Assembly (NCBI RefSeq): GCF_036588685.1
Contig: NC_086376.1
Coordinates: 65,782,001 to 65,846,000, forward strand
From: Mytilus trossulus
Lineage: Eukaryota
Length of the DNA stretch: 64,000 nt
Reading direction: 5' to 3'
Shown here: one piece after another, positions 1-12,548 of the stretch
Position numbering within the stretch: position 1 is the stretch's first letter
Layout of the letters: each line of letters starts with the position of its first letter
The notes under the pieces: generated by a model
Told to the model about the DNA's origin: nothing
Database searches by the model: none
Seen by the model: only the letters and a program-made list of their open reading frames with translations
Translations under genes and position numbers: made by a program

Positions 1-1053
1 AAACAATTTTGTTAAATAATTTCGTCATTAATAAATGTTTTATCACAAAATTACTTTGAATATTTAAAATTTCGACTTAGGAAATGTTTAGGACGTCCTA
101 ACATAAGATTCGTCTGAGAGAGCTTCGAGACACAACTTAAGAGTGTCCTAAGTCGATCTTAAGTCCATCCTAAAATCGGTCTTATCTATGACTTAGGACG
201 AATCTTAGGATACCTTCGAGAACACCACCCCTGGTTACTTGACAATCTTTTTATACTACTGTGAAATTTATTTCTTCATGTTTAATGACTAAATAACAAG
301 AAGGGGGATGAAAATACACTGTAAAACAAATTGTTTCATGTATTTTAAAATAAAGTAGTGATTTGGTCTGGACAGCTTAAAAAAGGTTGAAAATTAACAT
401 TTCGGAAGCTGTCAAACGATTTCAAACATATTTTTAGTTAGAGCCGACGAAGGTTATTATGATTTTGGATATAATTTGTTCAAAAATAGTACTACACACT
501 GTAAAAAAAAATATTGAGAAAGCGCACAAGGGCAGGTTGGATTTATTTTTTATTTTCTTTTATTATTTAAAAGAAATACACTACGACATACATGTAACTG
601 TGTTCTCGGAACAGATAATAAGGTGCATTATGAAAATTCGTAAATAGTTCCGATTAACCATGGTTCTCGAAAGCTGGGATTCCCGCTTCATTTTAGTCCG
701 TTTATGAGTCCATTACAGGATTTTAAATAAACAGATATTTTTTTCAGATTTTTTTTTCTTGATCTTGAATATTAACCTCTGTCTAAGTTTCACGTCAATA
801 TCTGAAGGTTTTCAAATTAATCATGTAAAAAATATTAACAACAGGGCGCGAGGTCATCTGTGAATTGCCAAAAGACAAGTCCGTATGCCAAATAAAAAAA
901 AAAAATGTACTTTCAATATTTTGCTTAAGACATTTATCACAAAAACGCTTCTGCCAGATTTCCTAAAATTCGATAAAGTTTTGACAAAATAATTGAAGTG
1001 TAACAAACTTGAACCACATAATGTATCTACTTGGTTACTGCAAAAAGAAATAT

Positions 1054-1177
1054 AGAATAATAGGTAGTTTCGTTTTTGATACTGACTATATCATGTGTAA
1101 TAAATACACGAGCTCGTTAGGGTTGTGATATTCCATATGATATAGTCATGATCAAAAACGAAACTACCTATTATTCT
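1054..1177. repeat. Fold-back (palindromic) element, 124 bp
   Basis: Arms AGAATAATAGGTAGTTTCGTTTTTGAT / ATCAAAAACGAAACTACCTATTATTCT. Confidence 0.8.
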
Positions 1178-2211
1178 GTTTATCGGTAGTTATGAAGTCT
1201 CACAATGTATTGCCTAATATTTTCAGTGATACAGCCAGTACGTTGAATTGTAATTGTTAAGCTATTTGTTGTAAAGTAGAATGATTCTGCTACATAAATA
1301 TGGGCTGTTTTTGACAATGCACATTTACCCGGTACTAACATCATTAAGTCATGCTAAATTACTGAAATCTTCACAATTTTAGCTTTTTAGTTAAATTTTA
1401 GACGGTTTCCGTCTTAAATGAAAGTGTCCACATTCGTGTTCACTCATACTATTGAAATGTAAGTTGTATTTGATGATAATGCATAACATATATAAAGGTT
1501 GAGGATGAACACGGATGCGGCCACTTTCGTTTTTGACAAAAACCATCTGAAAAATGACGATTTTTGACATATTTGATAGATTTTTCACATTTGAGCTTGA
1601 ATAGGTTTGTTTGTAATGACTTAATCAGTTAAAATGTGTCACATTAACTAATTGAATCAATTGAAATACACACTTAAAAAGTGTCTAAAATATAACGTTA
1701 GATAAAGTTGAAAATTGAGGCTAAAATCGGCCCTTTCCGGACCTATAATGTACTCCTTTCGTCACCTTTTGTTCGCAGTTATAAGATTTTGAAGAAAGAT
1801 TTACAAGACTGATGTGCTTTAAACCAGATCTTTTTGAATTATTGAGATTAAAATATTTTTTTAACCAAAAATCAGTGTACGCCCGGGCGTTTTGACGTAA
1901 ACGTAGCTACGCGCATGATAGTCTTTACGAGTCAGTCAAACAAAACAAAACGTTTATAGTTCAGTTGTAACCTTTAATATCTCAATAACAATAATACGTG
2001 TACATAAATAATGAGAACAATAAAACACATTTTATATAAATCAAAGCACGGAAAGTTCTTTTATCACATAAAGTATTCAAAGCACTAAAATAATAACTAT
2101 TTACATAGCAATGAGAAAACCTCATCGCTTTTCTTGCATATCTTCGTTTTTCTCCAGCTGTCCATGACTTTGACTTGACTCGAAAATGGCGCAAATCTGA
2201 GTGGTCTAAAT

Positions 2212-2241
2212 CAGAGACATATAATGTATTATATGTCTCTG
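2212..2241. mobile_element. 30-bp palindrome with 7-bp TSD (probable P-like transposon footprint)
   Basis: CAGAGACATATAATG/TATTATATGTCTCTG flanked by TCTAAAT (2205-2211 and 2242-2248). Confidence 0.7.
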
Positions 2242-3201
2242 TCTAAATGAAGCATTGGTCGATAGCTCACTGGATCACATAGATCTGATTTTTCATTGAA
2301 GAATGCCTTGTATATAACCACTATCTAGTAACTAAATTTCTGGGAAGTTTAACGATAGGTAGTTTTCTTTATTGAGTCCCGTCTTTACTTCTGAGGAATC
2401 GTAACATTTGAGGACCTCTTTCGGACGAAAATTCACAGTGGAAAATGATTTTCTGTGAAATTACTTTCAAAAACATGAAACAACCAATACAATAAAAACA
2501 TTTATTAGGCTAATGAAATGAATTCACACAACACAATAGTTCAATACTATTCAATAAACAAATTTAAGAATGACCAATATAGAAATTCAAAAATTGTTAA
2601 TACATAAGAATTAACCCTAAACCAGTAGAGAAAATATTGAAATACCCAAAAGTAAAAATGGGCACGGGTGGGCGGGTTAAAAAATATTCTCAAAACTACC
2701 AAAATGTGTTGATCGACGCTTCAACTCAAATTTCAAAAATAATATATAATAAGAACTAAGTGTTTACCGTGTGAAAGCAAATCTTTGAGTGAAGTAAAAA
2801 GGTATGTAATTTAACAGGTAAACGAAAGTGAGTAGAATTCAACTAACAAACCAATAAAAAAAGTTATGACAAATTTAGTTTGACGAAAAGAATATAGCAT
2901 TTTAATAAATAAATTTTAGGAACAGAAAAATAATAATTCTAGCAAAATATAAATTTCTTTCTCAGTAATTAATCATTTTTATTGAAATAAAAATTTCCAA
3001 ATTTGTGAAAAAAGAAAAAAAATGGTTTGAAAATAAAGTTTGACAAATGGTATCATACACACCCTTGCCACTATTTTATAGGCTTTACGACATGTTCGTC
3101 TCTACAAATATATATGATTTCTTTTGTTAAGTAAGTTTACGAAAATACATATACAAGCTTAAGGAATGTCACTGAGTCTAAAACATGATATAAGGACTAT
3201 T

Positions 3202-3800
3202 ACTATACAATATACAATACAATATTTTTTATTTTCCAAATTAAAGGACTCATTCAGAGCATAACATTATTAACAACATGACATAAACATTAATACAGAA
3301 ACATAAAATAATAGTTCAAATGCATGAGGAAAGGGTCTGTGGTCAAGGGGAGATAGTTTTGCTAGTTTTCTGATTTTTTAAGTAGCAGACGGCCTTAATC
3401 ACAGTATAAACATAAAGTACATAAAAAAAACCCTGATATCTGCATTACTCATGATCCATGTAATAAGATCATTTATGTCTGAATTAATTAAACTGGGATA
3501 TTTTTTTTTATAGATAATCAGTCACATCTCTTCTGAGGTTATTGTTAAGAGAGCATTTCAGAATAAAGTGCATTTTATTTTCAATAGAATTTGAATTAAT
3601 TTACAGTATAAACATATATATCTTCTCATGTCGAGGTAATATCTCATGTTTACCACATGCATTGATAAATCGTTCATTTCTGCCGTTTCTATGATTCTTA
3701 AACAGTGATTGCTGAGTCTGTATTTTGTTAACAAATGTTTTTTGGGGGTGCTTTAAATCTAAATAATTTTATTAGTCAAATGACCTTTTGAATGAAAAGT
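3202..3800 (-). mobile_element. Decayed CR1/L2-type LINE 3' end
   Basis: Minus-strand LTKYRLSNHCLRI...IENKMHFILKC remnants and a (CAATA)n tail at ~3205-3223. Confidence 0.6.
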
Positions 3801-4078
3801 AAGTGTCCAATTTGCCTTGATTCTGTAAATAAAAATCTCGCATTTTCTCCCAATCATTTGAAAATTTAATTTGAGCTGTTTTTTCGGTAAATACCTTTTT
3901 TTTTATTTTTGCCTAAATTTTTACATATATCAAAGTTTAGGTCAAAACCCAATTTTTCGCTGTAGAAAATAATATTAGTGAGCCATGAATAACATGTGGT
4001 CCTACAATAAAGTGGACAGGTGGATTAAATAAAAATATATAAAATTCGTGTTTTCATGATCATACGGTTAAAAAATGT

Positions 4079-4249
4079 AATTATAAGTATTAAATGCTTC
4101 TTTTTGTAACTTCATGATAGGGTTGTAAAAGCTTTGACCTTGCGCACATTTTTAGAATAAAGCGCTTCACACAAAATGTATTTCGGTCAACGCTTTTACA
4201 CTCCAATGACTGACTTGAAGTTACAAAAAGAAGCTTTCAATTCTTAATT
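4079..4249. repeat. Fold-back element, ~170 bp, decayed
   Basis: Arms GCTTCTTTTTGTAACTTCA / TGAAGTTACAAAAAGAAGC and TGTAAAAGC / GCTTTTACA around an AAGCGCTT centre. Confidence 0.7.
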
Positions 4250-4374
4250 AAAGTTTAAAACTGGCCTTTTGACCTTTTTAAAATAATTACTTCCTGGCTT
4301 TATTAAAGTTTCCAGAACTGCTGTCAAGTTATTAAATTTGAAAAATATATTTTTTTCAAATATTTGAAATATTT

Positions 4375-4577
4375 TCAAATCCGAAAAAATCTTCTCAGTG
4401 ACGAAAGAAATAAACTTTTTTTATCCGGAATTATTTCGCTATGTTCGGGTTCGGGTAATATTTTAGAAAATAATATGAAGTCACTAGTACGTTTGAGAAA
4501 AGGAAAATGGATAGATTTCATTAGTGATGTAATTTGACATTGAATAAAAAAAATTGCCAACAACACACAGCTTTGAA
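4375..4577 (+). promoter_or_regulatory. Probable IER3IP1 proximal promoter / 5' UTR
   Basis: Local CpG enrichment directly upstream of the ATG (TCCGGAA, TTCGGGTTCGGG). The TSS cannot be determined. Confidence 0.35.
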
Positions 4578-7533
4578 ATGGCATTTGGTCTATACTCATT
4601 AATCGAAGCCGTTATATTGTGTTTGAATGCAGTGTGCATTCTACACGAAGAACGTTTTCTTGCTAAAAGTAAGTGTATATTATGAATTTGAATATGGCTC
4701 TAGATTTATCATTTATAATGGAGCAAAACTTGTCTCAATTTTACTTTTAGACAGTTTCCAACCAACATATTTATACAAGTATATGTAGTGTATGTATGTT
4801 TTTATGCCCCACCTACGATAGTAGAGGGGCATTATGTTTTCTGGTATGTGCGTCCGTTCGTCCGTCCGTCTATCCCGCTTCAGGTTAAAGTTTTTGGTAA
4901 GGTAGTTTTTTATGAAGTTGAAGTTCAATTGACTTCAAACTTGGTGGACATGTTCCTTATGATATGATCTTTCTAATTTTAATGCCAAATTAGAGATTTT
5001 ACCCGAATTTCACGGTCCATTGAACATAAAAAATGATAGTGCGAGTGGGGCATTCGTGTACTGTTGTACAAACCCTAGCCTAACCAAGACCTTGAATGAT
5101 CTGCCACACGGAATTAATGTAGGGAGTCATAAAACCCTAGGGGATCTTCTCCAGAAAAAAAGTTTGAGTTTATCTCTACCTTCTATATAGATTATGAACT
5201 CTTACTCTATAATTCAATTTTGGGGAGATTTTTCAAAGCAGGAAAAGAAAAAGATTTTACATGAATACATTTTGTACATTTGTAATAGTAAATAATATGC
5301 AGCAGGTTCTATTCTTTTAATTCAAGCATATTTTTGCTCTAGAATCTGTTGAAAAAGAAACGAAAATACAGAAACATTTCTGGATCCAAGGTCCTAAAAC
5401 TTCACTCAGCACTCATATTATTTTTTTTTTCCTGGTACCTTTGAAAACTACATGTACAAAATGTATTAAACATCGTCAAAGAACAAAATTTGTAATCGAA
5501 ACACCAAATCCAGTATACTGATTGGTTAATTCATAAGTCTGAGTTCTAAAAAGTTTTGTGACAATAGACAATATTTCATTGGCACAAACACATTTTATAC
5601 AATAAATGGTAATAACCGAGTGGATAAACAATTTACATGGTAGTAAAATACAACAATTATAAATATGTGATTAAAAAAATGTCAGGTAAAATGAAAATCT
5701 ATTGCAATAGATTAGTTCTTGCATTTAAACAATTTGTTTCAAAAGAGGAAGATAGTTTTAGTGCCATATATTAAAGATGTTTTACTATTAAGTACATGTA
5801 TAAGATTTATTTTCTTTTTGTCACACAATTTGGTTATATTTTTTCCTGTAATTTGAACATTTTTATACAAAAGTCTCTCTAATACTGGAGTAACCTCTGC
5901 AGTTTAGCTGCATGTGTTGTTTATTTTCAATTTCGCCACTTTAACAGATCTCACAAATTCTTTGATCTCTGGGCACTTTTACAATGCAGATATCTTCCTC
6001 TTTCAATGGCAAGGTAATGAGCACTAACTCTTAATTTAAACAATGATGATCGATCTGATCTAATTCTAAAAGCTTCAACATAAACTGCTCGTTCACTCAT
6101 TTTGTGAACACTCTGGAAAAATGTTAATTTTGGAGATGCTGAAATATTTGCTTGTCGAACAATAATTAAATGCACATATTTTTTACACACATCAGTCCGA
6201 ATGATGGCTATCAGAGGATCCTCTTTTTCAATATCGTGGAAAATCTGCTGATTGATACATGTATGTTTCTGATAAAAAATTTAAAAAAAATATTCTGTAA
6301 TTTAGTGTTTAATATTATTATAGTATATATTTTGTTTTACTTTCAGTTGGTTGGGGTACAGATCAGAGAGGCTTTGGTGAAGATCCTGGAATGAAAACAC
6401 AGATATTAAATTTGATTAGATCTATAAGAACAGTTATGAGAAGTAAGTTTGTAGTGGGTAAAGTCCTGTTTACAGCAAGAAAACTATAAAAAGAAAAAAA
6501 TATATACTTTTGAATAAAACATCGTTAAAAAACCTCCACTGAACTTGCACATTTATTGGGCTTGAATGCCTGAGGCTACCATATTGTTGAATACAATTTA
6601 TATGATTTTCCATAGATTTGTATATATTTGTTACCAAAATAAAGGTATCATATAAATAATACAAACTTCCTCTTCTTTCACAGGTAACACCTGCCGGGTG
6701 CCCCATACATGTATTATTAGATTAGTTTGAGAAAAATACCAAACTTATCTAGAATTCAGAAAACTGACAAGATAAGTCTTAATAGCCCAAGCTGTTACAC
6801 TTTGTGCTGCATTCTTGTATTTTAGCTCTAAAATAAAATGCATAATTCATATGTTATTCATTTATAATTTGTCAGGATCTGTCTCTTGATGGACAATCTT
6901 TGTCCTTTTCCCTTTGGAAGCATTCAAATCCATTGTCATACGCTTATACATGTAACATGAAATAAGATGTTGAACACTCTGATTAAAAACTGACAGCCTT
7001 CATGATATTTTTAACCATTGTTTGATATCATACATTGTGAGCTAGGTTACTAATTATGGATGAAGATTAGAACACTGTCTGACATTTACATGTATATTGT
7101 AATATCTCAACTAAAATAAAATGCAAAAGGTTAAGGTTATCACTACACAAAATTGTATTTATAGAATAAAAGAAGAATTGTGTGTATTTAACTAGATGTA
7201 TTTGATTTATTAATAAAAAAAAAGGGAGTAAACAGTCCCTTTTTATGATTCAGTAGGGTGAAATACTAAACTCTCCTCATGTGGTATTCCTTTACTAGAC
7301 TATTTATGTAAAATTCAATGTAAAAGTCAAATATGAGAGGAATGTTGGATAAGACAAATTTTGACTTATATATGATGTAAGATTAAAATGTAATAATTTC
7401 AGAGTAAAGATTAGTTTTATGTAATATTTTCATCCATTGAACATACTTTCATTTTGATATTTCTGTCTTTATTTCAGTACCTCTCATTGGAATCAACGTA
7501 GTAGTGATAGGACTGAAGTTATTATTAGGATAG
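4578..7533 (+). CDS. IER3IP1: Immediate early response 3-interacting protein 1 (Yos1 family ER/Golgi membrane protein), 80 aa, 3 exons: 4578-4668, 6347-6442, 7478-7533
   Basis: Spliced translation MAFGLYSLIEAVILCLNAVCILHEERFLAKIGWGTDQRGFGEDPGMKTQILNLIRSIRTVMRIPLIGINVVVIGLKLLLG* closely matches vertebrate IER3IP1 motifs (LHEERFL, GWG, NLIRSVRTVMRVPLI). Both introns are GT-AG and phase 1; total 243 nt. Confidence 0.96.
4798..5062 (+). mobile_element. HINE/Helentron-associated non-autonomous element
   Basis: T-rich start, subterminal inverted repeat TGCCCCAC/GTGGGGCA, internal (GTCC)n microsatellite. Confidence 0.6.
5560..6130 (-). mobile_element. Decayed CR1/L2-type LINE 3' end in IER3IP1 intron 1
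   Basis: RSSLFKLRVSAHYLAIERGRY...IENKQH..NC remnants. Confidence 0.6.
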
Positions 7534-9829
7534 CACTAGTTTACATATGATACAGAATGTATGAAAAAAAATGTTATAGAAGATGATTGTGAATTTGTAT
7601 GGAAGGACAACTTGACCAAGATTTTAATGATGTGATGAGAGTGCAATATTACTTTTTAATTGTTAATACAATATTTACTTTTTTTGTAAATTAAGAACTA
7701 TGGTGTATGTTAAAAAATATATTGTATGAAAATTGCAGTAGGCCAAGATGGAATTTTGAAAAGGAGTGTATGCCATGGTATCATAAAAAATGTCAACAAT
7801 TATGATTTGATTAAAAAGTGCCAAATTTTTAAAACTTAATTTCTCTTTGATTGTTTTACCTTGTATTACAGTGCTAAAAATAATCCCTTCTATACAGGTA
7901 TTTTGTAGAACTCATATTCACTACAATCATACATGTTGTATAACTAAAGCACCTGAGAATAGTCTTATGCAGGTTTGGCTGATAGAGAATAGCATAGATC
8001 AGTTTATGCAAGACAGTTGAACTTATTATGTTTATATTATGTAATTTAAAGTTTGGCCCAAAAGACAAGGTTGATTATAAAGTATTCAACATTTAATTGT
8101 CCACTTCATGTATTTACAATTGTAATATTCTAAATAGATTAAGGTATTAAAAAAAAAGAAAAAGATAAGGATATGACAACATACATTTGTATGGATGACT
8201 CATATCGTGATAGAGCTTTAACTGACTTCAGCTTAAGAAAATGGTACTGTCTTAGCTTACTATCAAGCTTCAATGTATTTTTTAAGCTTTAAAGAGTCAA
8301 CTGCATTGCTTAAAATTTGTATAAATTCTTTATTTTCAATGGAAATCAATTTTATTTCTGTATTTGTTTTAAAAATTATTTTCCTTCAAGTGCTATGACT
8401 TTCAAAAGTGCCTTTAGAACTAAATGTTTTCTTATAGACCTACCATTTAACAAATAAAAAGTGTACATGTATATAGATGTGGATTAAGGAATAAAAAGGT
8501 ATTCAAAATATGTCTTAGTCTTCTTGCCAATTTTTCTCATAATGCCACATGTACTTGTATATATTTTGTATGTCGTTGCAACATATAAGAAAACAGGAGC
8601 ACTGAGAGGTTATATTTTAATCTGACTGATATATGTTTTACACTTCTCAAGCTGCCATGTAATAATAATCCAAAATGATTAGTTTATATCTATTTTTCAC
8701 ATGTTATAAATGTTGTTTTACTTATAAGTATATTAAAATTTGTTCATTGGTCAATATAGAATGTGTACATTGGAGAAGAGAGTAATGAAATAAGGAACAA
8801 TAATAATTCAAATTTAGATTACTAAACTGCACAAAAATTGGTATGCTTACATGATTTTAGAAGTTAAGAATGTCATCATTTAGTATAAAATCACTGTTTA
8901 AGTTCTAAGTTAATTTTTTGAATTCACAATTTTATGTACAATAAAGTATCTGTAACTGGTATGAAAAAATTTAACTGGACTCAAGTAAAAGGAAACACAT
9001 AACATATCATTAGTAATATAACCCAGTTTGAAACTGAAAATTCTGCATCTAAAAAAAAAGATCAATGTCAATTAAGGCTGGAGGCTGATTTCACTTTATA
9101 TTTCATATTGATTAAAGTATTTTTTCATTTTTCGTTTTATTTTTGTTGTTTGTTTTGTTTAAGTACAAAATTGGAGTTTGAAGTATTGAAAAATGCACTA
9201 AAAAGCTGTAATAATGCATTTTTCTAAATACATGAATGATTTTAATGCAACATATTTTTTTTAAGATAGTGTTCTTACTAAATAGTGATGATCTAATCTT
9301 GTCAATCAATTTTAAAATAAAATTGAGAATGAAAATTGGGAATATGTCAAAGATATAAATGTAGTATCAATTGCCTTTTCTGATGGTTTTATTTTATTGG
9401 TGAGGATTTATATTCATGATTATACAAGCATCTGGTGTTTAGCATGTGTCTAAATGTTTTCATTGAAAATATACATTATATGATTTAAAATCATCTAATG
9501 CATTTACTGCTATAATGAATTTGTAACATATGGTTTACATTCAAAGAATCAGTATTTATTTTATCCAATAAATACTTTATAAATAAACCTACTTATACAA
9601 AATAATTTGTTAGAACCCATTTATTTCAGAATATATATTTCACATTAAATGACCAAATGCAACTTATTTCTTTGCTTGTATGTGGTTTTTTTTCTTCTGA
9701 AGAGTAATGTGTTTTAGATTTTTGTGGCTGTTTTACTGACCAGTATTTTTGATATTTATTGTTTTAAACCTATTATTCTACTTAGAATTGCTTAAAACAA
9801 AACAAAAATAGCAAGACATTATCATACCA

Positions 9830-10240
9830 TTTCTGGCAAACAATAAGGGGAACCACTGGTGGTAGGTCCATGATATTTGTTATGCATGGATATTATTTTG
9901 CCTCGTCCCCTCAGTCATGGTATATTCACTTTGAAAATCTCGTTTAGTTATCATTTATTAGTGATTAGGTTAGTTTAAGGGGAATCATTGGTATAAACAT
10001 GTGTAAGCATTAGAACATTTTGTTTCAATTGAGATTATTAGGTTCTGCCCCCCTCCCTGTTGCAGTTTATTGACTTTGAAATATGTACATGTATTTTTTT
10101 GAGATTAGGTCAGTTGAAGGGGAACCATTAGTGGTAAGTCAATGATAATTGGTATGCAGCTGTATAAGGATTTGCACAACTAATATTCTTGGCGATTTTT
10201 TCCCATGTCCCATGAGTCATGGTCTATTAACTTTGAAAGT
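9830..10240. repeat. Decayed ~130-bp tandem repeat (Helentron-internal-like)
   Basis: Recurring AAGGGGAACCA(C/T)T(G/A)GTGGTA and GTCATGGT.TATT.ACTTTGAAA motifs at ~9845, 9977 and 10117. Confidence 0.45.
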
Positions 10241-10911
10241 GATAATGGAATGCTTTATCACAAAATAGAACGTTTCAATAATAATTTGGTTGCTCCTAAC
10301 AATATAGCATATTGATAGTTCAGTAAATACACAGATTAACAATTCCTATGTTTACACTAAAACAATATATTGCATTAATGTGACGGTTAATTTACCTGTA
10401 TACACATTCATTGTACTGGACAGACTACAAAGCTTATAGGAAGTCCATCTGTGGCTGTTTTTGACCTCATAGATGTTCAGAAGTTTTCAACACATTGCAA
10501 AAGTTCATACATCAGTGTAGAATAAAGATGGCCTTTTGTACAGGTTGTGATATTAGAAGCCTTATATTTACCGTACTAGATATGTGGGTCTCTCAAATGC
10601 TCCTCAAAATCTCTTCTCAATTATCAATTGCTCCAGCAAACAAAGCTGGGATCAATGTTATTTCAAACAACCTATGGGTGGGGGAATCAGATGTGGATAC
10701 TTAAGCACAAAGATCTGTAATGAATACAAACAATCTAAGACCCTTTTATCTTGCAATAGTATTATATTTTTTTTAGATAAAAATTCACAAAGATAAATTG
10801 ACAAGGTGGGTGCTGCTTTGTTTCATAACAACGTATATAAAATATCTTTTCTTAGGGAGGGATGCATCGTACTTTGGTAATCACTGTGATTCAAACAAAA
10901 AATTCTCTGTA

Positions 10912-11640
10912 AAAGAGGGGCAAAATATACGAGAGGGACAGCCAGAATCAAAGATATAAATCGAAAATAGACTGACAACGTCATGGATGAAAAAGAATAC
11001 TAAGTAGTACCCAAAACACAACAGAGCAAATTGAAGACTAAGCTACACGAAACCCACCAAAAACTAGGGATGATCTCAGGTTCTCCGGAAGGGTAAGCAG
11101 ATCCTGCTCCACATGTGGCACCCGTTATGTTGCTCATGTTATTAAAACCCAGTAAACAGTCTAATTGGGTAGAACACATTTGTTAAAAGGGAAGAGGATT
11201 GTAGTAACGACATTAGGAACATATCCGATATCATATGTGAAACGGCTATTCCATAACGGTCAACCAACTCGTGATGGCGTCCGTAAATTTTTCGAAGGGA
11301 TGATTTCAACTTCACAATTTGCTGATTGGTTTAATAGCTTCCTTGTGAGCAGCAAACCTCTATAAAGGACATCGTGATAGGAAATGCAAGCCCGGGAACT
11401 TTGTATCGATTGGGAGATATATACTCCATATGCAGGCGCTGCTGAAATGTTTCTACATAGACATTGAAAGTTCACAATTGGGAAGACGAAATCATCTCTT
11501 TTGTCGCAAAGTTTTGTTTTCAGTCGAAACTCATTGTCAATTTATAGATTGAATTCAAGATATGAGGTAGACTTAGCTGTATCAGTTTTATCCTTTATCT
11601 CTACTTCGATGGGATAGATACGTTCAACATAGTCAAATAT
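10912..11640 (-). mobile_element. Penelope-like retroelement 3' fragment
   Basis: Minus-strand NISAAPAYGVYISQSIQSSRACISYHDVLYRGLLLTRKLLNQ (PLE RT C-terminal domain). The 3' region is homologous to 22705-23230. Confidence 0.75.
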
Positions 11641-11659
11641 TTTTGAATTATCTAGAGAA

Positions 11660-12548
11660 AGAACACTGTAATTAACACAATCAAGATAATTTCTTGATTG
11701 ACAACATATGTGTTACGTTTGGAAGAGTTGTTTTCAACAAACAATCGGCATTCCTATGGACACTTACCAATTCTGACTTCATTCAGGAGGACAAAAATGA
11801 AAGAAGCTAGCATTTATACTTTACCATTCCGCTATATAGAATACGATGATGTCCTCTAATCAAATAAATCAAAGTTTGGTAACTATGTTAAACGCATCTA
11901 TCCAATCAGACTTTAAATAAAGCATACATCAGATACAGTTTAGTCTGCCTCATTTTGTGACTAACATCTGGAAACTGACAATGAGCGTCGACTGAGGACA
12001 TTATATAACTACAACACAGATGTTTTCTGCTTGCTTATTGTAACTTTTCATTTCTGTGCAGCAACACTCCAGTATTGTATGTATATGGGGCATACATTTC
12101 ATAGTTCATACGATATTTCAGGGTATGTGTCATCTATAGTATTATGATTTTATTGATTGATAGTTGCTGCTCATCAGTGCCGAGTGTTGTAATCATCTCT
12201 TCTAAAATTTTAAAGACGCCATGACGATTTGGTTTACTGTCAATGAATATCCATTTGACAGCTGACGACCGATTTGTTTAATTCGTAAGCACAATCCCGT
12301 CCTCCTTTTGTTCAAATGAAACCTACTGAAACACACTTATTGGGTGCTCCGCGTGGACCAGAACTGCCTACCCTTCTAGAGCACCTAATGGGTATGATCG
12401 CCCTTTGATAGGGTTCGTGTACTCATTCAATAGTTTTCAATTTTTTGTATACTGTTGTTCGTCGTTTGGTCTTGTATTGTCATGGCTTCGTCAGTTTATT
12501 ATCGACTAATAAGTTTGAAAGTTCCTTCGGTATTTTTCGCTTCCCTTG
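11660..12548 (+). mobile_element. Degenerate Penelope-like RT fragment
   Basis: Remnants FLIDNICVTFG..QQTIGIPMD and RYIEYDDVL, TDTV-SAS..D.HLE; ends in the same family of 3' sequence. Confidence 0.65.

Noticed and set aside
10495-10900. Short ORFs (69-70 aa)
   Set aside because: IAPANKAGINVI resembles the PLE VPADKASNNI motif; most likely decayed retroelement sequence.
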